Of a DNA stretch of 64,000 nucleotides, positions 30,173 through 42,127 are shown one piece after another. The position numbers and the translations under genes were made by a program. The notes below the pieces were generated by a model. That model was not told the origin of the DNA. It did not search any database and was given only the letters and a program-made list of their open reading frames with translations. This DNA is from an uncultured Candidatus Thioglobus sp. Lineage in GTDB: Bacteria; Pseudomonadota; Gammaproteobacteria; PS1; Pseudothioglobaceae. The number at the start of each line of letters is the position of its first letter. Within the stretch, counting starts at the first letter, position 1. Location: the NCBI GenBank assembly GCA_964516395.1, contig CAZEYU010000004.1:1348-65347 (forward strand), written 5' to 3'.

Positions 30173-31002
30173 AATTTTTCCTCGTAGGCTGTTAATGTAT
30201 TTTCTAACAATGTTGCAATAGTCATTGGGCCAACACCACCTGGCACTGGCGTAATCCAGCTAGCTTTATCTTTAGCCGATTCAAAGTCAACATCGCCCAC
30301 TAATTTTCCACTATCTAGCCTATTAATACCCACATCAATCACAATAGCATCTGGCTTAATCCAATCTCCTTGGATCATCTGTGGAATGCCAACCGCAGCT
30401 ACAATAATATCTGCCTGTTGTAATTTTTTTGATAAATTTTGAGTTTTGCTATTACAAATAGTTACCGTTGCACGTGCATTAAGAAGCTCCATCGCCATTG
30501 GTCTGCCAACAATATTGGATGCACCAACCACCACGCAGTCTTTCCCTGTTAAATCAACACCTGTTGTTGCCAACATGGTCATTACCCCCTTAGGTGTACA
30601 TGGGCGTAAATACGGTTTGTTTTGCATGAGTTTGCCAATATTTTCACTATGGAATCCATCCACATCTTTTTCTGGAGAAATGGTTTCAATCACTAAATTT
30701 GCATCCAAATGTTTAGGTAGTGGCAATTGCACCAAAATACCATTAATTTTGTCATCATTATTTAAGCGCTTAATTTCATTTAACAATTCATCTTGAGTAA
30801 TATCAGCAGATTTATTAATTTTTTCAGAATAAAACCCTACTTCTTTACAAGCATTGTCTTTATTGCGAACGTACACTGCTGAGGCAGGATCATCTCCCAC
30901 TAAAATAACTGCCAATCCAGGCTTTTTATCAAAACCATCAACTTTAGATTTGATTTTTAATCTTAAGTCTTGTGCAATTTTCTTGCCATCAATAATATTC
31001 AT
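30169..31002 (-). CDS. folD: Methylenetetrahydrofolate dehydrogenase/cyclohydrolase
   Basis: [31 protein letters not shown]. Confidence 0.97.
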   Translation of the reverse strand: MNIIDGKKIAQDLRLKIKSKVDGFDKKPGLAVILVGDDPASAVYVRNKDNACKEVGFYSEKINKSADITQDELLNEIKRLNNDDKINGILVQLPLPKHLDANLVIETISPEKDVDGFHSENIGKLMQNKPYLRPCTPKGVMTMLATTGVDLTGKDCVVVGASNIVGRPMAMELLNARATVTICNSKTQNLSKKLQQADIIVAAVGIPQMIQGDWIKPDAIVIDVGINRLDSGKLVGDVDFESAKDKASWITPVPGGVGPMTIATLLENTLTAYEEKL

Positions 31003-31003
31003 T

Positions 31004-31741
31004 TTATAAACCCAATTCTTCTCTTACCTTATCTAAATCTTCTTGCGTATCTACACCATAGCCAGTTGGCGCGCAAGCCGCCTCCACATGAACATCAAAC
31101 CCTTCATTTAATACAGTCAGCTGTTCAAGTTTTTCAACTTGTTCATATCTTGAACTGTCCATAGATAAATACTGTTTAACAAAGCCTGCTCGATAAGCGT
31201 AAATCCCAACATGCTTAAAACATAAATTAATATCAAAGTCACCTTGCTCTCTAAATGCAGGAATGGGCGATCTGGAAAAATATAACGCTTTGCCATTTTT
31301 ATTAAAAACAACTTTAACGCAATTAGGATCAAGATACTGATTTTTATCTACAACTTTCTCACATATTGTTGACATTGGCATGCCACTCGATGCTAAATTG
31401 TTAGCCACTTGTTTAATTACTAAAGGATCAAGCATGGGCTCATCACCCTGAACATTGACAATGATTTCATCATCATTAATAGCAAGATCGCTAATCACTT
31501 GTGCAATTCTTGAAGTGCCTGATGTATGCGACTCGTCTGTCATGCAAACGGTTGCGCCAAACGCTTCACAGGTAGAAGCAATACGCTTATCATCAGTTGC
31601 AATAATGACATTACTTGCACCGCTGTTAAGTGCATTTTCATAAGTAAGCTGAATCAGTGGCTTACCATGAATGTCTTTTAAAAGCTTTGCAGGCAGTCTA
31701 CTAGATGCATAACGTGCAGGGATGATAACACTAAATCCCAT
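31004..31741 (-). CDS. kdsB: CMP-KDO synthetase
   Basis: [36 protein letters not shown]. Confidence 0.96.
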   Translation of the reverse strand: MGFSVIIPARYASSRLPAKLLKDIHGKPLIQLTYENALNSGASNVIIATDDKRIASTCEAFGATVCMTDESHTSGTSRIAQVISDLAINDDEIIVNVQGDEPMLDPLVIKQVANNLASSGMPMSTICEKVVDKNQYLDPNCVKVVFNKNGKALYFSRSPIPAFREQGDFDINLCFKHVGIYAYRAGFVKQYLSMDSSRYEQVEKLEQLTVLNEGFDVHVEAACAPTGYGVDTQEDLDKVREELGL

Positions 31742-31905
31742 TATTTTTCTAACGCTCTAGCCTCTTCCTCTAAAAGCACAGGAATGCCATCTTTAATTGG
31801 ATAAGCCAGACCACTCGCCTCACAAATTAACTCATCGCCAACTTGTTTTAATGGGGATTTACTTTTTGGACATACCAATAATTTAAGTAACGCTTCATCA
31901 ATCAT
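31741..31905 (-). CDS. ycaR: Trm112/YcaR-family protein (54 aa, below the ORF-track cutoff)
   Basis: Manual translation MIDEALLKLLVCPKSKSPL...YPIKDGIPVLLEEEAR; canonical lpxK-ycaR-kdsB order. Confidence 0.9.
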   Translation of the reverse strand: MIDEALLKLLVCPKSKSPLKQVGDELICEASGLAYPIKDGIPVLLEEEARALEK

Positions 31906-32849
31906 AATTTCAAGAGTAATTTTTTGAAAAAATCTTCACTAATGTCAATATCAATATCTAAGTAATACATCTTATCATTAGCAAACTCTCTACATTTTAC
32001 CCAATCTTTACTGGTCATAATTATTGGATGATTATCTTTAAACTCTAGATCACTTTTTTGATAGGCATAATGATCTGCAAATGAATGCTCTTGAACATGA
32101 ATGTGCAAATTTTTGAGCGTTGAAAAGAACTTACTAGGATTGCCAATTCCAGCAACACCATGACAATATTCAGTATGAAAAAAATCTAATGGTTTTTTCT
32201 CACCAGTAATTATATTAACAAAACCAATAGGATTAACTTTAGCGCTAAATTCACCTGGATAATTTGAGCCGTTATTGATAATAAAATCAACAGATTTAAG
32301 CCTAGAGGTGCTCTCTCTAAGCATGCCGGATGGCAAATAAAATCCATTACCAATTCTGTTATTACCATCGATAACACAAATCTCTACATCACGACCCATG
32401 GCATAATGCTGTAGGCCATCATCACTAACAACCACATCAATATCATGTTGAGTAAGTAGGTCATTAACCGCTTGCGACCTATCACGATTTACCATCACCA
32501 CACAGTTTGTACTTAGTTTAATAAGTAGTGGCTCATCGCCAGAGACTGAAGGACTGGTAGCGCTTGTTACTTCAACAGAGCCTTTGGTGTGCGACCCGCC
32601 ATAACCACGAGAAACAACACCCACTTTCTTTCCTTGGGCATTTAAGCAATTACAAAGTGCAATAACAATCGGTGTTTTTCCACTCCCACCCGCTGTAATA
32701 TTACCAACAACAATAACAGGCTTATCAAACTGATTGATGTTAAACAAGCCTAATTGATAACAATAGCGACGTATTATTGATATAAGATAAAAAATAGCCG
32801 AGATTGGCAATAATAAATAGTTAACAAAACCTCGGCGATTTAAATCCAT
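31902..32849 (-). CDS. lpxK: Tetraacyldisaccharide 4'-kinase
   Basis: VGNITAGGSGKTP, SRGYG, GDEP, DDGLQHY. Confidence 0.95.
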   Translation of the reverse strand: MDLNRRGFVNYLLLPISAIFYLISIIRRYCYQLGLFNINQFDKPVIVVGNITAGGSGKTPIVIALCNCLNAQGKKVGVVSRGYGGSHTKGSVEVTSATSPSVSGDEPLLIKLSTNCVVMVNRDRSQAVNDLLTQHDIDVVVSDDGLQHYAMGRDVEICVIDGNNRIGNGFYLPSGMLRESTSRLKSVDFIINNGSNYPGEFSAKVNPIGFVNIITGEKKPLDFFHTEYCHGVAGIGNPSKFFSTLKNLHIHVQEHSFADHYAYQKSDLEFKDNHPIIMTSKDWVKCREFANDKMYYLDIDIDISEDFFKKLLLKL

Positions 32850-32856
32850 TTAAAAG

Positions 32857-33288
32857 CTACTTGAAACACTCATTGTCATTATCAAACTTCTTTTCAGTAA
32901 ACCTAAGAACGCCTGCTGATACAGCCAAAAGTAAAATTGAAGCCACCATAATAACCAAATTAAAACTATCGCTAGTTATCAACTCTTTCATGTCAATAAC
33001 CATGAATCTAGTAATGGCAGTAATGGCAATAAAGATCAAAAAGATGACTGGAAGTCTGTGCGTTTTAAAATAAATACCTGTCATGGCACCGAGTTCCAAA
33101 TAGATAAATAACAATAAAATATCCTTAAGTGAAGCAAAACCTGAATCTTGTTGCATGATGATTAAATACTCATGAATGGCAGACCAAACAATCGTACCAC
33201 CAATCACAAACAAGCCAATCACGTGGAAAGCTTCAATCATGAAGTCTCCCAATTGATCAATTTTATTTTTTACATTTTCATTTGACAT
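32857..33288 (-). CDS. PsiE-family membrane protein
   Basis: DILLLFIYLELGAM, YFKTHRLPV, IAITAITR. Confidence 0.85.
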   Translation of the reverse strand: MSNENVKNKIDQLGDFMIEAFHVIGLFVIGGTIVWSAIHEYLIIMQQDSGFASLKDILLLFIYLELGAMTGIYFKTHRLPVIFLIFIAITAITRFMVIDMKELITSDSFNLVIMVASILLLAVSAGVLRFTEKKFDNDNECFK

Positions 33289-33348
33289 ATTCTCCCCTTT
33301 ATATTTACATGCAAATCTAAGTGCTAATTATGACAAAATATCACCACC

Positions 33349-34584
33349 ATGAGTGTTGAATTTAAAATTTCTAACCAATATTTACGATCCAGTCGAAATA
33401 AAGGCTTTATTTCTTTTATTTCCGGTGTTTCAATGACAGGGCTTATTCTTGGCGTAATGACACTTGTTACCGTTTTGTCAGTAATGAATGGTTTTCATAA
33501 AGAACTTAGAGACAGGGTATTAAATGCCATCTCACATGGCTATATCAGTACATACTCTGATTCACTTAGTAATTGGCAAGAGGTTCGGCAGTCTATCAAT
33601 CAACACCCAAATGTATTAAACAGTTCGCCTTATATTGAAAAATATGCATTACTGAGTGGTAAGGCTGGTGCCCAAGGTATTAGTGTTCGAGGCATTATTC
33701 CCAAACTTGAAAAACAAACTTCAATCTTACTAGATAAAATAAAAACGGGAGAGTCTCATTTAGACAAGCACAGTATTCTAATTGGATCTGGGTTAAGCGC
33801 TCAACTTGGGGTAACGCTTGGAGATAAGATTACTTTATTAACACCGGAGTTATCTTCCAATATTATGGGCATTCAACCAAGATTTAAGCGTTTTACCATT
33901 ACAGGCATTTTTGACGCTGGCATGAATGAATATGACAATAATTTAGCCTTTATTCATCTGAATCAAGCCCAGAAACTCTATTCAATGAATAGCAATGTTT
34001 CTGGCATTCGCTTACAGGTGGATGACCTATTTCAAGCCAAGAAAATTACCAATCAAGTAGCAAAATCTTTAGGTGCAAATCAGTACTACGGCATTGACTG
34101 GAGCGCTCAAAAGTCCAACTTTATCAAAGCGCTAAATTTAGAAAAACAAATGATTGGTATTGTTTTGTCATTAATTATTGCTGTGGCTGCATTTAACATT
34201 GTTTCAATGATGGTCATGGTGGTTACTGATAAAAAAGCAGACATTGCTATTTTGCGTACCTTAGGCATGACACCTAAACGCATCGTTAAGGTGTTTTTCT
34301 ATCAAGGGATTACCATTGGTATTATTGGTATTAGTATCGGCCTAATGTTGGGTATCTTACTATCATTAAATATTGAAAGCATTGTTAGTAGTATTGAGTC
34401 TTTACTAGGATTTCAATTTTTTCCTAAAGATGTGTTTTATATTAATCGATTTCCATCAGACATACACCTTGCAGATGTTGTTAAGGTCGGTGTGGGTGCA
34501 TTTATATTAGTGATGCTAGCGGCCATCTATCCAGCTAAACGTGCAGGAAAGGTGGTTATTACACAGGTGTTAAATCATGAGTAA
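33349..34584 (+). CDS. Lipoprotein-releasing ABC permease (LolC/E/F family)
   Basis: VLSVMNGF, IIAVAAFNIVS, DIAILRTLG, YPA. Confidence 0.92.
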   Translation: MSVEFKISNQYLRSSRNKGFISFISGVSMTGLILGVMTLVTVLSVMNGFHKELRDRVLNAISHGYISTYSDSLSNWQEVRQSINQHPNVLNSSPYIEKYALLSGKAGAQGISVRGIIPKLEKQTSILLDKIKTGESHLDKHSILIGSGLSAQLGVTLGDKITLLTPELSSNIMGIQPRFKRFTITGIFDAGMNEYDNNLAFIHLNQAQKLYSMNSNVSGIRLQVDDLFQAKKITNQVAKSLGANQYYGIDWSAQKSNFIKALNLEKQMIGIVLSLIIAVAAFNIVSMMVMVVTDKKADIAILRTLGMTPKRIVKVFFYQGITIGIIGISIGLMLGILLSLNIESIVSSIESLLGFQFFPKDVFYINRFPSDIHLADVVKVGVGAFILVMLAAIYPAKRAGKVVITQVLNHE

Positions 34585-35248
34585 TATTATTGAGTGTCGT
34601 GATGTTTGTTATTCGTATTCTGACGGATCCCGTACCACCAACATTCTAAATCAACTTAATTTATCTATTAAAGCTGGAGAATCTGTTGCTATTTTGGGAC
34701 GATCTGGTTGTGGAAAATCCACTTTGCTTAATTTATTGGGCGGCCTTGACAAGCAAAACAGTGGTGAAATTAGCATTAACAACACCAATACTCTAAATCT
34801 AAATGAAGAACAAATAACCAGACTAAGGGCTGATAATCTTGGCTTTATCTACCAACTACACCATTTGTTGAAAGACTTCGATGCACTGGACAATGTAATG
34901 ATGCCTTTATTAATTCAAGGGGTGAATAAAAACAAAGCAAGGGATGCATCATTAAAACTACTTGACTCTGTTGGATTAACACATAGGGTTTCACATTTTC
35001 CTGGAGAGCTCTCAGGTGGAGAACGTCAACGTGTTGCTATTGCTAGAGCGTTGGTTGCTCAACCAAAATGCCTGCTTGCAGATGAACCTACCGGAAACTT
35101 GGATAGAGAAAGTGCCAACGAGGTTTTATCACTCATGATCGACCTACACCAACAGCATCATGGTGCACTTGTTATGGTTACCCACGATGAGACCATCGCT
35201 GCCAAAATGCAGAGAACACTGGTTTTAGAAAATGGAAAAATTAACTAA
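34577..35248 (+). CDS. lolD: Lipoprotein-releasing ABC ATPase
   Basis: [32 protein letters not shown]. Confidence 0.92.
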   Translation: MSNIIECRDVCYSYSDGSRTTNILNQLNLSIKAGESVAILGRSGCGKSTLLNLLGGLDKQNSGEISINNTNTLNLNEEQITRLRADNLGFIYQLHHLLKDFDALDNVMMPLLIQGVNKNKARDASLKLLDSVGLTHRVSHFPGELSGGERQRVAIARALVAQPKCLLADEPTGNLDRESANEVLSLMIDLHQQHHGALVMVTHDETIAAKMQRTLVLENGKIN

Positions 35249-35609
35249 TTGTTGAGCTTTTTCTAACTAAAGTATTGTTATCATCAACATAACACAAAGT
35301 CGGTGCATATTCTTTCAGCTCTTTTTCATCATAGCTCGCATAAGCGGCAATAATCAATAAATCACCCACTGCTGCTTTATGAGCTGCCGCCCCATTAACA
35401 GAAATAACGCCAGAATTGTCTTTACCACGTATGGTGTATGTCGTAAAGCGATTTCCATTATTAATGTTATAAATTTGTATTTGCTCAAATGTGCCAATAC
35501 CAGCAGCATCTAATAAGGCACCGTCAATCTCACATGAGCCTTCATAATCTAGCTCACTGGCAGTGGTAGTAACTCGATGAAGTTTTGCTTTTAGAAATGT
35601 GCGTTGCAT
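35241..35609 (-). CDS. panD: Aspartate 1-decarboxylase
   Basis: KAKLHR, YEGS cleavage site, RFTTY, NGAAA. Confidence 0.96.
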   Translation of the reverse strand: MQRTFLKAKLHRVTTTASELDYEGSCEIDGALLDAAGIGTFEQIQIYNINNGNRFTTYTIRGKDNSGVISVNGAAAHKAAVGDLLIIAAYASYDEKELKEYAPTLCYVDDNNTLVRKSSTIS

Positions 35610-35694
35610 AATTGATATTTTACATTAGTTATGTGGGGCGATTATTTTGAACCTCTACAAGGAAAATAAGTTAACACAGCAGAGGTCTTGGTAA

Positions 35695-36825
35695 TCATCC
35701 CAAGAATTGAATCATAATACCTGCAGCAATAGCTGAACCAATCACACCGGCCACATTTGGACCCATTGCATGCATTAGCAAGAAGTTATGAGGGTTAGAT
35801 TCTAAACCCACCTTATTTGACACACGTGCTGCCATTGGTACTGCTGAAACACCAGCTGAACCAATCAAAGGGTTAATTTTATTTTTACTAAACAAATTCA
35901 TTATTTTTGCCATTAATAAGCCGCTGGCTGTACCGATTGCAAATGCAATCATGCCTAGCAATAAAATACCCAATGTTTCAGGCTGTAGGAATTTATCAGC
36001 CATTAATTTAGAGCCAACTGCCAAGCCTAAAAAGATAGTAACAATATTAATTAGTGCATTTTGTGTTGTGTCACTTAATCTATCAACCACGCCGGATTCT
36101 TTCATTAAATTACCAAACGCAAACATACCTAATAGTGGCGCTGCATCCGGCAGCAATAATGCTACCAACATTAACAACATTACAGGGAAGATAATTTTTT
36201 CTGCTTTAGAAACTTCTCTCAATTGCACCATTTCAATTTGACGCTCTTTTTCTGATGTCAGTGCGCGCATGATTGGTGGTTGAATAAGTGGTACCAATGC
36301 CATGTATGAATAGGACGCGACAGCAATTGCGCCTAATAAATCAGGTGCTAGTTTAGAGGCCACATAAATACTGGTTGGGCCATCAGCACCACCGATGATA
36401 CCAATGGCAGCCGCATCTGTTAAGCTAAAGTCAAACACGCCTAATGTGGTTAAAGCAATTGCACCCAACAAGGTTGCAAAAATACCGAACTGTGCTGCTG
36501 CGCCGAGTAATAAAGTCTTTGGATTGGCTAATAATGGTCCAAAATCAGTCAATGCACCTACGCCCATAAAGATAATGAGTGGAAACGCACCCGACTCAAT
36601 ACCAACTTCATAAAAAATATGTAATATGCCACTACCTTCAGCAATTCCTGCACCCGGAATATTAGCTAAAATAGAACCAAACCCGATAGGCAATAACAAC
36701 AAGGGTTCGAAATTTTTAACAATAGCTAAATATAACAATAAAATACCAACCAATAACATAAGGCCTTGGCCCCATGCCATTTGATATAAACCTGTGTTAA
36801 TCCATAATGTGTGTAATTGTTCCAT
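35695..36825 (-). CDS. oadB: Na+-translocating oxaloacetate decarboxylase beta subunit
   Basis: [39 protein letters not shown]. Confidence 0.95.
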   Translation of the reverse strand: MEQLHTLWINTGLYQMAWGQGLMLLVGILLLYLAIVKNFEPLLLLPIGFGSILANIPGAGIAEGSGILHIFYEVGIESGAFPLIIFMGVGALTDFGPLLANPKTLLLGAAAQFGIFATLLGAIALTTLGVFDFSLTDAAAIGIIGGADGPTSIYVASKLAPDLLGAIAVASYSYMALVPLIQPPIMRALTSEKERQIEMVQLREVSKAEKIIFPVMLLMLVALLLPDAAPLLGMFAFGNLMKESGVVDRLSDTTQNALINIVTIFLGLAVGSKLMADKFLQPETLGILLLGMIAFAIGTASGLLMAKIMNLFSKNKINPLIGSAGVSAVPMAARVSNKVGLESNPHNFLLMHAMGPNVAGVIGSAIAAGIMIQFLG

Positions 36826-36846
36826 ACGAGCTAAATCCAGTAGTAA

Positions 36847-38679
36847 TTATGCAAGTGTCAATAAAGTTTGACCTACAGTAACGGCATCACCCTCTCTAAT
36901 AGAGATATCAGTTACTACACCAGATCTGGCCGCTTTGATTTCAGTCTCCATTTTCATGGCCTCTAAAATAACCAAAACATCACCTTCTGAAATTTTTTGA
37001 TTTGGCTCAACCATAATCTTCCAAATATTACCAGAAAGAGGTGCGCCAATAGCCTCTCCACCTGTTGCAGGCGCTTCAGTCACAATTTCTTTTTCTACTG
37101 ATGCTGCTGGTGCAGGTGAGGCATCAGAAGCAGCTTTCATTGAAGTAATATCACCGCCAGCTGACACCTCAACTGTGTACGAATTGCCTTTCACAGATAC
37201 CGTGTAAGTCCCTTCTTCACTGTCTGGTGTTTTGCAATTGTCGCTTTGTTGTGGTGCAGGTTCAAAGAAATCTGGATTGTTGCGATTTTCTAAAAATGAA
37301 ATGCCCACTTGTGGGAATAAAGCGTATGTCATTAAATCATCAACTTTGTTTTCAGCCAATGTAATATTTTTATCAGCAATAATCTTATCAAACTCTTGTT
37401 CAAGAATATGCATCTCAGGTGCGATGTTATCAGCTGGTCGGCAAGTAATTGGCTCTTTGCCTTCTAATACTTTAGCTTGCAGCGCTTTATCAACTGGTGC
37501 TGGCGTTGCGCCATACTCACCTTTTAAAACACCAGCAGACTCTTTAGTAATGGTTTTATAACGCTCACCGGTTAGGACGTTTAGTACTGATTGAGTACCA
37601 ACAATTTGTGATGTTGGTGTAACCAGTGGAATATAACCTAGGTCTTTACGAACTCTTGGAATTTCTAACAATACCTCATCCATCTTATCAGCGGCATTTT
37701 GCTCACGCAATTGATTTTCCATGTTGGTTAGCATGCCACCAGGAACTTGCGATAATAAAATACGAGAATCTACACCTTTTAAAGAGCCTTCAAATTTTGA
37801 ATATTTACAACGAATTGGTCGGAAATAAGCATCAATCTCTTCTAATTTTTCTAAATCTAGCCCTGTTTTTCTAGGACTATTCTCCAAGATAGAAACTACT
37901 GAATTAGTAGCACTATGACCATAAGTCATACTCATTGAACCAATAGCGGTATCAACACGATCAATTCCAGCCTCTACCGCTTTAATAATAGCAGCAGTAG
38001 ACAAGCCCGTTGTTGCATGCGCGTGCAATTGAATAGGAATATCAACAGCCGCTTTAAGCTCTTTGACCAAATCATAAGCAACATAAGGCTGTAATAGTCC
38101 AGCCATGTCCTTAATACACAATGAATGTGCACCCATGTCTTCAATCTCTCTAGCCATGTCTAGCCATGTTTGCGTATTATGAACAGGACTCACTGTGTAA
38201 GATAAAGTGCCCTGTGCATGCTGACCAATCTTAACCGCTTGATCAGTGGCAGTTTTTAAGTTGCGAATATCATTCATGGCGTCAAAAATACGGAAAACGC
38301 CAACACCATTTTCAGCACATCTGTCTACAAATTTACGCACCACGTCATCACTATAATGGCGATATCCTAAAAGATTCTGACCACGCAACAACATTTGTTG
38401 AGGCGTATTTGGCATGACTTTTTTAATTTCACGAATACGATCCCAAGGGTCTTCACCCAAATAACGAATACATGAATCAAAAGTTGCACCCCCCCATGAT
38501 TCTATAGACCAGTAACCAATCTTATCAAGCTTGTCAGCAATAGGTAACATGTCGTCAATACGCATGCGTGTTGCAAACAGAGATTGGTGTGCATCTCTAA
38601 AGACAAGTTCAGTAATTTCTACTTTTTTGCCTTCAGAATTATTAGATTTTTTATTCATATTTTTTAAAAAATTTAGCAT
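36847..38679 (-). CDS. oadA: Oxaloacetate decarboxylase alpha subunit
   Basis: [31 protein letters not shown], biotin site EAMKM. Confidence 0.95.
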   Translation of the reverse strand: MLNFLKNMNKKSNNSEGKKVEITELVFRDAHQSLFATRMRIDDMLPIADKLDKIGYWSIESWGGATFDSCIRYLGEDPWDRIREIKKVMPNTPQQMLLRGQNLLGYRHYSDDVVRKFVDRCAENGVGVFRIFDAMNDIRNLKTATDQAVKIGQHAQGTLSYTVSPVHNTQTWLDMAREIEDMGAHSLCIKDMAGLLQPYVAYDLVKELKAAVDIPIQLHAHATTGLSTAAIIKAVEAGIDRVDTAIGSMSMTYGHSATNSVVSILENSPRKTGLDLEKLEEIDAYFRPIRCKYSKFEGSLKGVDSRILLSQVPGGMLTNMENQLREQNAADKMDEVLLEIPRVRKDLGYIPLVTPTSQIVGTQSVLNVLTGERYKTITKESAGVLKGEYGATPAPVDKALQAKVLEGKEPITCRPADNIAPEMHILEQEFDKIIADKNITLAENKVDDLMTYALFPQVGISFLENRNNPDFFEPAPQQSDNCKTPDSEEGTYTVSVKGNSYTVEVSAGGDITSMKAASDASPAPAASVEKEIVTEAPATGGEAIGAPLSGNIWKIMVEPNQKISEGDVLVILEAMKMETEIKAARSGVVTDISIREGDAVTVGQTLLTLA

Positions 38680-38684
38680 GATCC

Positions 38685-38933
38685 TTATGCTCCCCTATGC
38701 ATCTTGATTGCCTGTTCAATAACAAATTTAGTCTCCTCGTCAATCTCATCACTAAGACTGGTAGTGGCAAGCTCTTGTTGGTCATTCGCCTTGTTGGTTT
38801 TCTTATCTAATCGTTGAATAACAACTGACATCATCTTGGTAACTCCTACCAACACCGTTAAGAACAAAAATACAAAACCCATGCCAAACAAAGTAAGGTT
38901 TAGTGCTTCTGAGATAAGATCAACTTGTTCCAT
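38685..38933 (-). CDS. oadG: Oxaloacetate decarboxylase gamma subunit
   Basis: [11 protein letters not shown] segment; upstream of oadA. Confidence 0.88.
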   Translation of the reverse strand: MEQVDLISEALNLTLFGMGFVFLFLTVLVGVTKMMSVVIQRLDKKTNKANDQQELATTSLSDEIDEETKFVIEQAIKMHRGA

Positions 38934-38957
38934 ATTGTTATTATATTATTATTAATT

Positions 38958-39042
38958 TGGTACCGATGGACGGGGTCGAACCGTCACTCCGTGAGGAACC
39001 GGATTTTGAATCCGGCGTGTCTACCAATTCCACCACATCGGC
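38958..39042 (-). tRNA. tRNA-Leu(CAA)
   Basis: Reverse complement GCCGATG...CCGGA-TTCAAAA-TCCGG...GGTTCGACCCC...CATCGGT-ACCA; 85 nt with variable arm. Confidence 0.95.
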
Positions 39043-39054
39043 AATATTTTTTTA

Positions 39055-39273
39055 TTACTTGTGTCTGAAGGTAATTCTACCCTTGGTTAAATCATAAGGT
39101 GTCATTTCAACCGTAACCTTATCGCCTGGCAGAATACGAATGTAGTGTTTGCGAATCTTTCCAGAGATATGCGCTAACACGCTGTGGCCATTTTCCAACT
39201 CAACTGTAAAAGTTGTATTAGGTAATTTCTCCTTCACCACACCTTCTAATTCAATGTAATCACTTTTTGACAT
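39055..39273 (-). CDS. infA: Translation initiation factor IF-1
   Basis: [29 protein letters not shown]. Confidence 0.97.
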   Translation of the reverse strand: MSKSDYIELEGVVKEKLPNTTFTVELENGHSVLAHISGKIRKHYIRILPGDKVTVEMTPYDLTKGRITFRHK

Positions 39274-39407
39274 AAATAACGATAAACTCACACAATAAAA
39301 TTGAACTATTTTACCCGATTGTTAAGTCGTGGACAAATAAAGGGAAAAGCTCTTAGAGTTTTTAAATAAGCTATAATTAGCGTATTTTGCGCTAACGTTA
39401 AACGAAG

Positions 39408-40229
39408 ATGAAGCTAAGTTTTGAATTTTTCCCACCAAGAACTGACCAAGGTAAACAAAATCTTAAGCAAGTTAGGAAGGAATTATCTGTTGTATCACCA
39501 GAATATTTTTCCACCACTTTTGGCGCAGGCGGAACAACTCAAGATGCCACACTTGAAACAGTATTAGATATTCAAAAAAATGACAATATTCCTGCTGCGC
39601 CTCATTTGTCGTGCATCAATTCAGAAAAATCAAAAATTATTGACTTGTTAAATCAGTACCAATCTGCAGGTATTGATCGAATTGTGGCACTAAGAGGTGA
39701 TATTCCTTCGGGTGTGCGTGATATTGGTGACTTTCATTATGCCAATGAATTGGTTGAATTTATTCGTCAACAATATAATGATTATTTCCACATTGAAGTG
39801 GCAGCCTACCCTGAGATGCACCCTCAAGCGAAAAACATGCAACAAGATATTGGCAACTTTGTTAACAAAGTAAAAGCAGGTGCTGATGGTGCTATCACAC
39901 AATATTTTTACAACGTTGATGCTTATTTTAGATTTGTTGATGAGGTGCAAAAATTAGGTGTTGATATTCCAGTTACACCTGGCATTATGCCAATTACTAA
40001 TCATACGCAATTACTTAGATTTTCAAACATGTGTGGCGCTGAAATTCCAAGATGGATTGAAAAAAGACTCATGTCTTATGGCGATGATCTTGAGTCGCTA
40101 TCAAGTTTTGGCTTGGATGTGGTTGCTAAATTATGCGATCAACTCAAATCACAAGGTGTAGATAGCTTTCATTTTTACTCAATGAACAAAACTCAGCCTT
40201 CGCTGGCAATCGCTCAAAGTATTAAGTAA
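39408..40229 (+). CDS. metF: 5,10-methylenetetrahydrofolate reductase
   Basis: SFEFFPP, ALRGD, AAYPEMHP, ITQYF, PGIMP. Confidence 0.96.
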   Translation: MKLSFEFFPPRTDQGKQNLKQVRKELSVVSPEYFSTTFGAGGTTQDATLETVLDIQKNDNIPAAPHLSCINSEKSKIIDLLNQYQSAGIDRIVALRGDIPSGVRDIGDFHYANELVEFIRQQYNDYFHIEVAAYPEMHPQAKNMQQDIGNFVNKVKAGADGAITQYFYNVDAYFRFVDEVQKLGVDIPVTPGIMPITNHTQLLRFSNMCGAEIPRWIEKRLMSYGDDLESLSSFGLDVVAKLCDQLKSQGVDSFHFYSMNKTQPSLAIAQSIK

Positions 40230-40235
40230 AAAATA

Positions 40236-40673
40236 CTAATTGGCCTGTTGCTTTACCCAATTTTGCAATTGGTTTAAAGGCCTTTTATCTTGTGCATGAC
40301 AACACTTTTCAAGCTCGCTTAGTCGATCTCCAAGCTCTTCAAATACCATGGCGTAGTGCTCATTTTTAATCTTCTCTTTATAAAGCTCAGACTTAACGTT
40401 TGCAATCGCATTCATTAGCGCTTGTTCATTTTCAAGTTTGACTTTGTCAGCTGCACCTGCTTTAAACATGGCATCATCTTTAATTTGCTGCATTTTCTGA
40501 ATGTGTCTATCTTGTTCTGAGCTTAATCCATGACTAGGATAAGCGAGTCGAATACTATCTGTTGTTACATAGCCCTCGTGAGTTTGTAACTTTCCCAAAT
40601 TAATTTGGTTTTGAATGTCACCTCTAGATATGCCCAGTTGGCGGGCTGCTTGTGAAACGCTTAGTTTAACCAT
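40236..40673 (-). CDS. Hypothetical protein with N-terminal excisionase/MerR-like HTH and coiled coil
   Basis: LSVSQAARQLGISRGDIQNQINLGKL; heptad-like C-terminus. Confidence 0.7.
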   Translation of the reverse strand: MVKLSVSQAARQLGISRGDIQNQINLGKLQTHEGYVTTDSIRLAYPSHGLSSEQDRHIQKMQQIKDDAMFKAGAADKVKLENEQALMNAIANVKSELYKEKIKNEHYAMVFEELGDRLSELEKCCHAQDKRPLNQLQNWVKQQAN

Positions 40674-40730
40674 ATTCTTTTCTCTCCCCAGAAAAAGTTA
40701 TCTACAGTTGTCAAATTAATACTTTTTTAT

Positions 40731-41453
40731 TTACTTGTCAAGTTTATTAATAGTTGCTAATACCTCAATAATGCCTTTATCACCCATTACTGGCGTGACT
40801 AACACTTGAGAAAATCCAAAAGATTCAACATAAGATTTGATGCGATTACTTAATACAATCACAGGATAATTAATGAGTTCATTCACATTTTCCACGAGTG
40901 ACAAAAGGCCATCCATACTCTCATTACTGGTAATACTAATCACCCCTTTAGGATTAGATAAAAATTCACTAAGTGACGTCTCATGCAAAGGGCTATTATT
41001 GCAAACAACACGCTCATAAGCCTCTATGTATTCCACCTGATTATGGTTGGCTTCAAGCCCGTTTTTAAGCGTTTCTCGACCACCCTTTCCTCTAAAAATT
41101 AAGATTTTTTTATGAATTAATTCAGCTATTCTAGGCAGTGCCAATAACGCTTCACTTGAGGCATTTTGTTTTGGGTAATCATCCACCACAATATCACGAT
41201 CTTTCAGTCTTTTAGCAGTAGCAGCGCCTACGGTAAATAATTGATCATATTCAATGGAGTTTAATTCATCAAACGCATAATCTACCGCATTTGCACTGAT
41301 AAAAATAACCGCGTCATACTTTTTTAATTTTGGTTTTGAGCTCAAAGGATTGATTGTCAAAGTTGGAAACAATAAAGGATTATCACCCACTTCATGAACC
41401 ATAGCTTCAAGAGATTTAACTTGCGAGAGTGGTCTGGTTAATAAAATATTCAA
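40731..41453 (-). CDS. hemD: Uroporphyrinogen-III synthase
   Basis: LLTRP, FISANAV, VGAATA, SEALL, RGKGGRE, YER, TS. Confidence 0.93.
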   Translation of the reverse strand: MNILLTRPLSQVKSLEAMVHEVGDNPLLFPTLTINPLSSKPKLKKYDAVIFISANAVDYAFDELNSIEYDQLFTVGAATAKRLKDRDIVVDDYPKQNASSEALLALPRIAELIHKKILIFRGKGGRETLKNGLEANHNQVEYIEAYERVVCNNSPLHETSLSEFLSNPKGVISITSNESMDGLLSLVENVNELINYPVIVLSNRIKSYVESFGFSQVLVTPVMGDKGIIEVLATINKLDK

Positions 41454-41470
41454 AATAAAACCTATGGGTG

Positions 41471-42064
41471 TTAATAGCCCAATATTTCAGTAATTATTCG
41501 CATTTTATTCAAAGTTTCACTCTCAGCATACTTACAAATTAAGATGGTTTTTGTGTTAATGCTGGCTACTTGTTCAATATAAGCTCTCATTTCCTTTTCG
41601 CTCCAAGCACTTGATACATACAAAACTGGTAAATGAGTAAAGTATAAAAACTTAGTAGATACTTGTTTATGCTTTAAATCCAAGGATAATTTCCCAGGGG
41701 ATTGTAAAGATATTTGATACGGCTTTAACAAAGCCATCACTTCACTATTTGGTGTCTTATCTAGCTCACAAAATAAAATGAACTGATCTTTATAATCAGC
41801 AACTGAATCAAGCAAGGATCGAAGTGTATCAATATCCAATAATTGCGCTTGATCAATTGATAATATCAATTCAAACTCTTCATCTGAGCCTTCCAATTCT
41901 TCAAAAATTAGGTCTAGATCTTCATCGCCATCAATTGGTAATGACAATGCTTTAAACATGGTTGAGTAATAATCAAAGCGCCATTCATTTGGCAAATCAT
42001 CAGGATAGAAATCATCTTGCAAATTTAATCCACTTCGACCAATTAAAAATTCTGTTTCGCTCAT
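41471..42064 (-). CDS. Hypothetical protein with DUF72-like N-terminal motif
   Basis: FYPDDLPNEWRFDYYS. Confidence 0.55.
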   Translation of the reverse strand: MSETEFLIGRSGLNLQDDFYPDDLPNEWRFDYYSTMFKALSLPIDGDEDLDLIFEELEGSDEEFELILSIDQAQLLDIDTLRSLLDSVADYKDQFILFCELDKTPNSEVMALLKPYQISLQSPGKLSLDLKHKQVSTKFLYFTHLPVLYVSSAWSEKEMRAYIEQVASINTKTILICKYAESETLNKMRIITEILGY

Positions 42065-42127
42065 CTTATTTTTTATCTCTTTATAATAGAAGCTTGTACA
42101 CTCAAATCAAGCTAATTACTAACCAAT

